From NCBI GenBank assembly GCA_964016885.1, contig OZ024740.1:173414001-173478000 (forward strand): 64,000 bases of DNA, read 5' to 3'. Shown piece by piece: positions 43,591-55,122 of the stretch (positions are counted from its first letter, which is position 1; each line of letters opens with the position of its first letter). The notes below the pieces were generated by a model. The model searched no databases. It was given only the letters and a program-made list of their open reading frames with translations, and had not been told where the DNA came from. Position numbers and translations under genes: made by a program. This stretch comes from Eledone cirrhosa. Its lineage: Eukaryota.

Positions 43591-44108
43591 TTATAAAAGC
43601 AATACATATATAAAGTTAATCTTAGTAACGACAACACCAAGTGTACCAAGAATATGAAAACAATACATATATAAAATTAATCTTTGCAACGATGACATCA
43701 AGTGTACCAAGAGTATGGAAACAATACATATATAAAGTTAATCTTTGTAATGACAACATAGATTACCAAGAATATGAAAGCAATGCATACAGAAAGTTAA
43801 TCTTTGTAATAACAACACAGAGAATACCAAGGATATGAAAGCAATACATATAGAAAGTTAATCATTGTAATAATTGTTTCTACTTTAGGCACAAGGCCAG
43901 CAATTACCCAGTGCATTACTGGTACTTTATTTTATCGACCCCGTAAGGATGAAAGGCAAAGTCAACCTCGGCAGGATTTGAACTCAGATCGTAAAGGGAC
44001 GTAACTATGCTGGAAAGCATGGCGTCCGACCCTCTACCGATACTGCCAATCCACCACCCTTTAATCATTGTAATAATGACACCAAGTATACCAAAAGTAT
44101 GGAAACAC
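43591..44108. repeat. ~60-bp minisatellite (~5 units) interrupted by a SINE
   Basis: Unit approximately aatatgaaagcaatacatatataaagttaatctttgtaatgacaacaccaagtgtaccaag. Confidence 0.88.
43875..44060 (-). mobile_element. SINE family B with 17-bp TSD
   Basis: ttaatcattgtaataat at 43858-43874 and 44061-44077. Confidence 0.9.
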
Positions 44109-46669
44109 AGAATATAAGATGAAACAAATCTATAATATTAGCATAAACAACAGCTGTTGCTTGCAATTGAGAATAGCTTGGTAGCATGTATCATGCTTCG
44201 GACAATACCTTTAGATTGCCAATGTAGTCACATGTAGACACAAACAGACTTTCAACTCTCCCACTTTTGATTTAGTGAGCAACACATTTAGGATGTGAGA
44301 GTAGCGCTAGCAATTGGCTAATACTTTCATTATCCACCTTGAAACTCTGCTAATCAACCATCTTACTACTAATACATTACTAATACAAAAAACATTGTGC
44401 ACTAATAACTCAGATCTCATAATAACAAACAAAAGGTTAATATACCAAACTACAATTACATAAAAGAGAATATCATGTAATCAAATTCAGGTGATCAACT
44501 CAGAGAAAAACAAATAACCAGACAGAAATAAAAGAAACGTATTGAAACCTAAGTTGAATCATTAATGAAAAAATTTAATTAAGCTACATAAAACAATAAG
44601 AAAACAGCAGAGAAAGGGGAAATTAATATTTCAAACCTAGTTCATCTTTCAAAGATATAAAGGTTTACAACATTTAATATCAACAAAAAAATAGTTTTGA
44701 TTGAGATTTTCACAAAAGTTCAAGACTTGCTTTGCATAGACCCCCTTTGGTCATGGCTGACCACGGGTTTGCACAAGGAAGGTGCAAGTCTAAGTAAGTT
44801 GTTTTGTGGAAAACCAGCAGTTGCCCAGATGTGCTGGTGTTGTTCAAGTTAAAAGGCTGAGATAGCTTGGCACCAGTGAAATTGCAGATGAACTAAAACT
44901 GCAAAGGGCCATTTGAATTACTAACTCTCTGACAATTCCACTAATCCACCACCCTGGACTGGTACTTTATCAACCCCAAAAAGATGAAAAGCAAAGTTAA
45001 CGCTGATGTGTTATTAACTCAATGTGCAGAGATTCGGAACAAATATAGCAAAAAATTTAATTCAACACACTAACAACTTTATCTACTAACTACATTTGTG
45101 ATACATACTAAAATTATTTCATTTGATGCTGCATACATGACATCCTATATTAAAGCAGTAACACAATTACTTAAAATATCCACACCAAATATAAGGTTGA
45201 AAATTGATTGAATAAAAACAAACACCCTGTAAAAATGGCCCTTGAACTTCAAACAGTCAATTATGTCTAATAAAGGGAAAACTTTATATCCATGTATAAA
45301 ATATGAAGTTTTTGCATCATTTCTGTTGTAGAAGGAAGACATAAAATTGATGCCTATTTTAATTTGTACTACATGCATGGCCCTGTTTATATACAAGTCA
45401 TGGAGTGCATGATTGTTGCATGTTAGAGCATGCAAATGAATGCATATGAATATAAGTAATTGCAAACAAATGTTTGGGATAGTAAGTGCAAGAGATTGAG
45501 AGTGTGTGTGAGTGAGTTAATGAATGAGTGAGTATATCAATGAATGAATGGATAGGTGAATAAGTGAATGAATATGTGAGTGCATAAGTGAACAAATGGT
45601 TGAGTGAGTGAATGAGTATGTGTTAGGGAAGGAATGAGCAAATGAGTGCATAAGAAACTGAGAGAGTAAGAGTGAGTATGTATGAGGTGACAAGGTTTGT
45701 TTTTATTTTTATATGTTATTTTGCACACCAGAAATCATTATAAACCCCTCTGCTACAAGGAAATCATAAATTGCTCCAACTATCAAAGCAACCACTTTGC
45801 TAATTCTTTAGATATCTACAACAGAGCAGTGGCCTATTTTGACAATATCAACAGCTTGTAATTAAGTAGAGATACCAAACAAATCTGGTTTTAATTTCAA
45901 CATTTCAAATGTTGACAGCATTGTCTGTGACTCAAGGTCTTGGTAATGTGATATCCCCGAGGTCTCTTTAGGGTTTCCTATTGGTTACACCCTACTGTGT
46001 GCTCAAATAGCCATTTGTTAAAATATTCAACTTCTCAATTACTAAACTTCAAAGATTTTAGAAACCATTCATTAAAAATAAACAGGTTTATTTTATATAT
46101 TATATATCTTCTTGAGAAATAATCCTAATTTGATTGAAAAAATAAACTGATTCTTTACTAGGTTGACAAACTGGAGGAGAAAATAAAATTAATCTATGAA
46201 ATTAAACTATGTTCAGCCAATAAATAAATAAATTGTAACTTTGAGTAAGAATTTCATATTTTATTTACAAATGCAGACATATCTATGTATCTAAGGAGTT
46301 TGCTTCATAACCACATGTTTCAGGTTCACTCCCAGTGTGGCATCTTAGGCCAGCATCTTCTCCAATAGCCATGGGCTGACCAATGCCTTGTCAGTGGAAT
46401 TTGGTAGATGGAAATTGTGTGAAAGCCTGTCATATATGTGTGTGCACGCATGTGTCCATGTCTGTGTTTATGAACCATAAATTAGTAGCTTAACAAAATA
46501 AAAGAGTGATCAATGAAATACATATCAGATTTGGGGTTGATATGATCAACCAAATCCCTTCAACGTAGGACTGCAGCAGCGTAGTAGCCTAATGATTGAA
46601 ATTAGTAAAAGATTACACTATATATTTTATATCTCACACATGTGCGTGCATGCACACACACACACCTTT

Positions 46670-47790
46670 TCTTTTTTCTGTCTTTTTCTGAGCTGGCTAT
46701 CCAAGCTCCAAGATATATGAAATTTTCAACTGCTTTTAATTGCTGTCAAGATTTTGAGTTTATGATCACTGGGACTGAATGGTTTGAGTGCATAAGCTCT
46801 GTTTTTCAAGGATTGATGAATAGACCAACTTTTCCCATCTTCCTTCTCTACCCTTTCTAGTGGTTCTTGTACTTGATGTAACTCTTCTGACAATAAAGTA
46901 ATGTCATCAACATGCATAAAGCCAGACACTACCATTGGTGGTAAATATCTGCTTCTCCTCATTTTGAGACTAAGGCAAAGTCATAAATTATCAATGATTT
47001 TAATCTACCCTGTTATATGGCTGTGAGACATGGACATTCACAAAGTTTAAAAATCAGTGAAATGGGATGTACTGCTGCATGCTATTGATCACCTGGAAGA
47101 GCCATACCACCAATACAGAATTTTTCGATGGTCTGCCAAAGTTATCTGAAAAGATAGCTCAGTAAAGATTGTGATTGGCAGATTACTACACAAGACATCC
47201 TGAAGAAATGGCTCAAAATCTGGTACTATGGCAGCTAATGCATAGATCTAAACCGTGGGAGATAAACTGTTAACATTATTGATATACAGTGGAGGGCGGT
47301 GGATTGGCAGTATCGGTTGAGAGTCGGACGCCATGCTTTGCAGCATAGAGTTACGGCCCTTATGATCTGAGTTCAAATCCCTCTGAGGTTAACTTTGCCT
47401 TTCATCCTTACGGGGTCGATAAAATAAAGTACCAGTCACGCACTGGGGTCGATTTAATCGACTTTCCCCTCTCCAAAAATTGCTGGCCTTGTGCCTATAT
47501 AAGAAACCATTATTGATATATGGTGGATTGGCAGTATTGGTAGAGAGTCAGACACCATGCTTTGAAGCATAGAGTTACGTCCCTTTATGATCTGAGTTCA
47601 AATCTCGCCGAGGTTAACTTTGCCTTTCATCCTTACGGAGTCGATAAAATAAAGTACCAGTAATGTACTGAGTAATTGCTGGCCTTGTGCCAAAAATAGA
47701 AACAATTATTGATATACTTCAAAAAGACACCTGGACTAAAGACTATCAGAAATACAAACAGTGATTGTGGTGTAAGACATCTAGCAGGAG
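46670..47790. mobile_element. Decayed RTE-like LINE with inverted 5' part
   Basis: Minus strand 46670-46962: HVDDITLLSEEL..ENFIYLGAWIASSEKD; plus strand from about 46965: LLYGCETWT..GLPKLSEKI..HPEEMAQNLVLWQ. Confidence 0.65.
47287..47710 (+). mobile_element. Head-to-tail pair of SINE family B (long and short subfamilies)
   Basis: Two SINEs delimited by attattgatata at 47275, 47509 and 47705. Confidence 0.9.
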
Positions 47791-47984
47791 TTTGTTTCCC
47801 TGATTTGATTGGGGAATCAGCTGTTATGATAAGTCATGTAATATGTTACTGTACAATGTCAATTTAGATTAACCATTTTTTTCTGCTGCACCCACATAAT
47901 AGTAAAAGAACTACACTGCTACATTGAGCTAAAGCTACTTATTTTGGAGTTTGTTTTGGCCTTGTGCATGTCAATAAGAAATAA

Positions 47985-48246
47985 ACATCATCATCACCGT
48001 TTTACGTCCATTCTTCCACACTAGCATGGGTTAAATGGGTTGTCCTGTTGTAGGCAATGCCAGGTCAGGTGACCATGTCTTGCTCATACAGAACTAATTT
48101 GGGCTTGATTTCTACAGCTGGATGCCCTTCCTAACACCAACTTCATTTACAGTGAGTACTGGGTGCTTTTTTACTGTGGCACTGACACGACTACTTTACA
48201 GTGTGGACTGGGTGCTTTTTTGTCATGACACCTACATGACCACTTT
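47985..48246 (-). mobile_element. RTE/SINE-A 3' tail copy
   Basis: Reverse complement of the repeat units + aggaagggcatcc + ggacgtaaa..gatgatg tail. Confidence 0.8.
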
Positions 48247-49369
48247 AATTTGATAGTCATTAACAACCCTAACAATAGAAATTCGCAAATTAATACATAA
48301 AAGACAAAGCAAGGAACTAGAACTTTAAGTTATTATGCTTAGAAACCAATGTAAATCTTCATGTGATTATCTATTATGTCACTGAAATGTTTGTATTGTC
48401 CACTGTAATATTTAGATATTACAATTGTGTTACTACCACAAACATGCCTATAAGAGAGTTTGTGAATGCAGGTTAAGAAGTTCACTTTGTAATCATGAGG
48501 CCAATCCTAGTGTGTGGCATGTGAGGCAAGTATCTTTTATTATAATCTAGGGTTGACCCAAGCATTCTGAATAAATAGGTTGACAGAAACTGTATGAAAG
48601 CTTATTGGATGGATTATGCCTATAATTTAAAGGTTCATCCTTGTCACATATTGTGTCATGTTGATTCAATCTGAGAATTATATACCTGTGGAATACTCAG
48701 CCACTTACATGTAAATTTAACAAATAGATAGTTCAATAGACTGGACCACTGAATGCTCACCATTGAAGCCTATGGAGTGTCAATCATAAGTGAACTTGTA
48801 CATAAGTTATACCTTTTATTAATTCAGAAGCTGAATTTTTTCACAAATTTTGATTCCACAAACTTATGTTGTAAATATAAATTCATAGGAAAGATGAGAT
48901 ACTGAGAATCTGATAGAATCAAGTTAATAGAATAATAAAAACTGAACAGACATAACACCTAAGATTTGAAGTGTTTATCTCTACATTCTACAAAGGTAGA
49001 ATGCATATATAAGCTAAATTAATTATTTTTATAAATAAATGTTCTAAATGAAATTTGAAATGTACAGTAAAAGAGAAATCAAGGTTATGCAAAACTATTG
49101 TGATTATGGATAAAACACTAATTTCTCCTTCACAATATGTTGGCTTAATCAGAACAAACTGGAGATTTCTAACTACAATATCACAAAATTACATCTGACA
49201 TTAAACACTAATTCCTAACATCACTAAACTTCAGCAGGAAAATGAGATAAAATCCACAATATAACATGTTCTTAAAAAATTAAACAAATTTTAGGATAAT
49301 TGAGATCTCCTGTGTCCTCAGTTCCCTGACTGCTGTTTTTCTCCACCAAATTGAGGAAGGAGTTCTAAG

Positions 49370-49545
49370 TGTAGAGACTTCCAGTGTTGTTGACCCTAGG
49401 ACCACCTCCCAACTCATCACCATCAGCACAGAGTTGGCTACGCAAAGGTGTGAGCCTTGCGAGCTGGAATGGTTCTTCTAGAGCGTCTCCCTCACCATCC
49501 TCCAGGTAAATGCCTTCTCTATTCTGTCTGCCGGGGCTGCCAGTA
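49370..49545 (+). mobile_element. CRE-clade non-LTR 3' fragment
   Basis: ETSSVVDPRT..ELA..EPCELEWFF*SVSLTILQVNAFSILSAG resembles the CRE end motif ETxGxxGP...EPRE..WL.QR.S.AI.RGNA.SIL. Confidence 0.55.
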
Positions 49546-50192
49546 CATTTATAATAGTGAAAGATGGGGAGAGAGGGAGAGACGGAGGCAGTGACAGTGG
49601 GAGTTTGATTCCATTGTATTTGGACCTGGTGTATATGTATATATTTATTTACCACACCACATTAAAACTTTAAAGTTAACAACAATAACAAGTTCTAGGG
49701 TGTGCACTGACAGATGTAGTGGATATTACTGACTGTTCTTCTGAGAAACACTTTCATCATCTGTTCACACTGCCTGAAACTTTGAATTGTGCATTCCCAA
49801 GATTCTATTTACAACAAAGGTGGACTGACTGTTAGAGCCATGGTATCTATTAGTGAAAGGATATGAACAGTTAATTATACAGTCAGTTGTAATTTTATAT
49901 TTTTTAAGGGGTTATCTATTCTAAATATATGATCCAGTGATCTTAAAATCAGAGTTAGCTATTATGAAAATACTATTCCTAATGGTAAGAGATGTTTGGA
50001 CGGATAGTTTTAAGCAAAATGTATTTAATTTTTTCTCCGTATATATAATTTCCTTACTTATAATAGAAATATTTCTGTAAAAATTATGGCTGGAAAATAA
50101 CTTCTTTCTATTGAAACAAACATGCTTGTATTTTTTAATCACTGAAGCATTTCTTCAACTACACAGTTAATATGATTATTATTTACACTGCT

Positions 50193-50366
50193 ATCAGTAG
50201 AGGGTCCGACGCCATGCTTTGCAGCAAAGAGTTATGGCCTTTTACGGTCTGAGTTCAAATCCCGTCGAGGTTAACTTTGCCTTTCATCCTTACGGAATCG
50301 ATAAAATAAAGCACCAGTAATACACTGATTCATTGCTGGCCTTGTGCCAAATGTAGAAACAATTAT
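50193..50366 (+). mobile_element. 5'-truncated SINE family B with 16-bp TSD
   Basis: attatttacactgcta at 50178-50193 and 50362-50377. Confidence 0.9.
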
Positions 50367-50554
50367 TTACACTGCTAACATACATTTTATGACTGGGAAT
50401 GTAAAGAGCTGAAACAATACAGCCAGGCACTCTACCAAGTTTGAAGGGCTGCTTACATAGGTTTAATGAACTACATTCTTGTGTTTATGTCTAACTTCCT
50501 GCTGTAAAAAGTTGACAATCAGCTTCACTCTCATTTAAGGGTTAGTCAGTTTTG

Positions 50555-50780
50555 TGGTCCCAGTGGACAGAATGGAGAACACTTTACCACAGAGGATGGT
50601 GAGAGAGTTGCACTGGAACAGTCACTTCAACTCACGGGGCTCTTGCAGGTGGCCAACTCCACCTTTCTAGCAGTGAGTAGAGATGTGGGTACATGTTTGA
50701 AGGTCTGTGAGGAGAGATGAGTGGCTGTAGCAGGGAGCACTGCAGAATGTATATAGAAGCTTCTGCATGGCGAGAAGTTC
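50555..50780 (-). mobile_element. Second CRE-like 3' fragment, inverted relative to 49370-49545
   Basis: Shares gagttggc..gagcc..ctcaccatcctc..ggtaaa..ttctc.attctgtc with the first copy. Confidence 0.5.
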
Positions 50781-51719
50781 CTTAACAGAAAGAGTGCCAG
50801 ATGGGAGTTGATCAGGTTTGGTCTGCTCGTCAGGGTTTTGAGCTGACAAAGCTGGACCGAAGGGTGGTGCAAATGGCAGGCAGGAGGATCAGTGAATCAA
50901 GAATAAGGATGTTTTCATTAGAGGTCACCTGTGGACTAATAATCGCATATTCAAGACGGAGGCTCCGAAGCCCTCTGTGTCATAATTGATGTTCATGACC
51001 TCCTACTTGACCAACTATAAGTTATTTTACATAAAACAAATGTCTCCTAAAAACAAAAGAGATAAAACAATCTTCAAACTTAAATTAGAAACAGAAAAAA
51101 AGCAGAGATAAAGTTTCTCACAGATTATAGTATGTTTAAATTAGAGTTCATTTGAAACTGCATGAAAAAATGAACTGCTAGTACTCTAGTACTTTTCAGG
51201 GATATTAGTTTTTGAAAAGTAGGCAGACAAACTAATAACTTTTGTATTTCATAAATATTATAATAAGCATGGATACTATATTAATTTCATTCAAGCTGGC
51301 ATGAAATCAAATTAAGAGAAAGAGTATTGTCAACTGAAATGATCTTCAAATATTTACTGGGGCTAAATTTAATCACTTCCTGGTAAATGAAAGAAAGTCA
51401 ACAACAGAGGGAAATGAACTCAGAAACAAGAGAGATTAAAATTAAATATGATGAATCATTCAGTCTGGCACTCTGCCCCCTCAGAGGTCATCTCCACAGC
51501 CCTTAACTATATCATGAAAAAATGTAACTACATACAAAGAAAATCTATCAACCATGAAATATTGTAAAAGTTTTACTATTCTAGACACGAATACAAGGCA
51601 TTTTGCATTTGGTTAATTCAAAATATTTGAGCAGTAGTAATATCAGCCTAAATTTATTTCTAATAAATAATTTCAGATTAAAAATGTTCATAATTATTAT
51701 TGATTTATAATGTACATAC

Positions 51720-51741
51720 CTTTTTTTTTAAATATATTCAT
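51720..51741 (-). CDS. Candidate arfaptin start exon (MNIFKKK, phase 1; exon 51720-51747)
   Basis: ctaatatttttag|TCTGTA ATG AAT ATA TTT AAA AAA AAA G|gtatgt; phase fits the downstream exons; no homology support. Confidence 0.25.
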
Positions 51742-52317
51742 TACAGACTAAAAATATTAGCAATTAATTACTGCTTAAATCTGCCTCTGTATGTTCAGTA
51801 CTATTGTCGAAACAAAGCATTTTTTAAAACACATTTCTTGTAGATCAAAACAGATATTTCATAAAATATAGTTACAGTAGGTGACAGCAAAACCAAGTAT
51901 TATAAGGAGATATAATAACATGAAGGGTGTCTGTTGAATAAGCAGTTCTAGGTCACCTGAAATTTTACTTGTGCTTTAAAGCACATATTAATTCTACAAT
52001 AGAGGATAGGAGTGAAAAAATGTTATTCACTATAAATAGCAGTCAGTGGCAGACTAGTCACTACAACAAGCTTTGTATCTGTAACCAGTAGTTACAAGGC
52101 GATTCCGGTTACTTTCAAGCCAATCAAGCCTTTTATATGACAAATGATAAAAATTGATTATAGCAAAGTCTAGATTGCTCAGAAAATTAAACTTCAGTAT
52201 TCTAAAATTGTGTTTCATTCTCAAGCATAGACTTGTAACAAATTTAGTTTAAAGGGACAATTTGTGTAAGAGCTTTAGATTCTAAATGTTTAAGCTGAAA
52301 TTTTCTAATAATAGCAC

Positions 52318-52553
52318 AACATCCAGTCCTAAATAAATGAGGTCGTGTAGGTGTCACGACAAAAAAAAAACACAGTCCACGCAGTAATGTGGCCGTGTAG
52401 GTAACACGGTAAAAACCTCCCAGTCCACACTGTAAACGTGGTTGGTGTTAGGAAGGGCATCCAGCCGTAGAAAACCCACCAGACAGTCCTATACGTCCAA
52501 ACCCATGCAAGCGTGGAAGATGGACGTTAAACAATGATGATGATGATGATGAG
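52318..52553 (+). mobile_element. Young 3'-end copy of the RTE 3' UTR
   Basis: Highly similar to the reverse complement of 54770-55045, with a ~45-bp internal deletion; (GAT)n tail. Confidence 0.85.
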
Positions 52554-52619
52554 ATGGGAGTATAGCAATGACAATTTTGGGGGCCAATAAATTCACACCT
52601 AACCTACTGACAGAACTCT

Positions 52620-53790
52620 GCCTTAATCTTCTTAGATAACACAGCCATCCAAACACTCGCACTACAGTAGGTCTTTCGGAAATTGTGGGAGTATTGCGAA
52701 GAGGTGTATGCTTGTTTAGTAGACCTCAAAAATTCATATGACAGCATTCCATGGGATCTGTTATGGAAAGTTCTGTAGGAGTTATGGGATTGATGGACAG
52801 CTTCTTTTTACCCTGATGTCTCTATACAAGTGTTTCGATAAGTAGTGCTAAGTCGAAACCATTCAATGTGGGTGTCGGACTGTACCAAAGGTGCATGCTG
52901 TCATCTCTCCTGTTCATAATCTTCAAGGACAAGACTGACATACACAGCCAAGCTGGAAGAAGTATCACAACTGGCAAGTGTAGGATCAGTCAGCTGGAAT
53001 TTGCAGACAACATAGTATTACTTAACTCATCGGAAGCTGATCCCTGATATGCACTTGATAGATTTGCTGCTGAGTGCTGCATGGCAGGAATGAAAATCAG
53101 TGCTATGAAGACAAAGATATTCATCCTCTCAAGAAAGTGCACTCTACATGTGAGTGGAGTTCCACTGAAGCAGATAGAGAAGTTCAAGTATCTCAGAGAC
53201 GTTTTCAGGAGTGATGAAAGGTAGGAGACTGAATTAAATGCAAGAATTACAGGAGTTGTGCAGTAATGTACCAGGTTCAGCATTCAATTGTTAGAAGAAG
53301 GGAGATAAGTGTAAAAGCCAAACTCGCTATCTTCAATTTGGTATTTGTGCCAATCCTTACCTATGGTCATAAATCTTGACACAAAGAAAATGATCACAAA
53401 AAACAAGCAGCAGAAATGGTGTTCATCTGATGGGTCTTTGCAGCAACGTTATTCAATAGAGTGCATAGCTCAGAGATACAAGTTACTCCAGATAGTGCCA
53501 CTACTTCACCAAATTGGGAAGTCACAACTCCAATACTACAGACAAGTGGTTAGAATGTTGAAGGAAAGAATCACAGGATAGATTCTATGGGCAAAACCAA
53601 CTGGCAGGAGTGCCAGGGAGAGACCTTGATCAAAATCGATAGATAACATTCTTGAGCTTGGCTTGTCATCTCGCTTGGGGATCCATCCAGATCAATTCGA
53701 GACAGCTGCTTCTGACAGGACTCACTGGAAAGCATGCTTGAGGACTCTGTCCCTACAATCTCCACAAGAATAAGTGAGCAAAGATGATAT
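52620..53790 (+). mobile_element. Decayed RTE/BovB (Rex3-like) LINE, RT to 3' end
   Basis: ACLVDLKNSYDSIPW..LSSLLFIIF..LEFADNIVLL..GMKISAMKTK..LKQIEKFKYL..PILTYGH. Confidence 0.8.
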
Positions 53791-54475
53791 ATGTATATTG
53801 AAGGATAAGAGCTGCATAAAGAAATGCAGGGGGCACTCAAAGTCTAGGGAACCTGTGGAAGAGGAATACTTAGGGAAAAAATACTACAATGTGGTGAAGC
53901 CTGAGTTCACAAAGTTGAACCTCACAGAGGAAATACCACAGTACAAAAGACCAGCATGAGACATATTAACATTTAAGTCACCACCCCTAGCCAATCTTCC
54001 TCATCCACTCTCACCTTGGTCTTGCCTCCCTCCATATCCTCCACCTTTGCTATCTATATGTGTTGCTGCCAACCATGATTCCCCGACATACACTTGTCTT
54101 TCCTCCACTCCCATCACCATAACTCTCTGTCCAGATAAGAGCACAACAATCACACTAGTGCACCCAGTGTACTTTGCAAAGATGGTACTGGTACCATGAT
54201 AAAATGCATCAGGCCCAGTCTGCATAATGTTAGTGCTGTTGTCACGATAAAATGCATTCAGCCCACTCCATAAAGTAGTAGTGCTGGTGCCCCAATAAAA
54301 TGCACACAACACCCACTGTAAAGAGGTTGACACTAGGAAGAGCATCTACTTACAGAAATTATGCCAAACAGGAATGTATAAGAAAGATATGGATGTTGTC
54401 AATTATCTTGTCTAGTCTTAAAATGTGTCAACCCAATGCCAGTGTGGATCACAGACATAAAATGTTGCTGATTAT
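53790..54475 (+). mobile_element. Older copy of the long-3'UTR RTE 3' end
   Basis: SCIKKCR.. ORF end, C-rich tract, tandem units, aggaagagcatc, tail. Confidence 0.65.
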
Positions 54476-54737
54476 ATATATATCATGAAGTCATGGTGGT
54501 GGTTGCATGAAGGCAGCATTACATAATCATTATCGCAACAGAAATATGTATTATGGCAGATTATGAATATTTACATCTGGCCTTCACAATTATGATTATT
54601 GTTTGTATACTCCATAGTAGACTACTAAATTGCATGTGTCTACACATGACATTATGTGCTTGAACCTAATTGCATCATCGTTTACTGATTGCAGTGTTGA
54701 ATATACAACCCTGGTTAGTCAACATCTTATAACACGA

Positions 54738-54769
<32 letters not shown>

Positions 54770-55122
54770 CATCATCATCATCATCATCAACGTTTAACGT
54801 CCGTGTTCCACGCTTGCATGGGTTTGGACGGGGGTAGTCCCACTTGAGGCAAGAGTGATTGTCTTGCTCGCATAGGACTGTCTGGCAGGTTTTCTACAGT
54901 TGGATGCCCTTCCTAACACCAACCACATTTACAGTGTGGGTCTGGGAGGTTTTTACCGTGTTGCCTACACGGCCACATTACAGCGTGGACTGTGTGTTTT
55001 TTTGTCGTGACACCTACACGATCTCATTTGTTTCGGCCTGGATGGCGCGGCACCAACATAACTTTACATAGAACGGGGTGGTGTGGATGGGGTGGAGGTG
55101 GCGGCGGGAGGGGTGTATTTTG

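Noticed and set aside
49365-49655. 96-aa minus-strand ORF as a host exon
   Set aside because: Better explained as the antisense of a CRE-like retroelement end that has a second copy at about 50600
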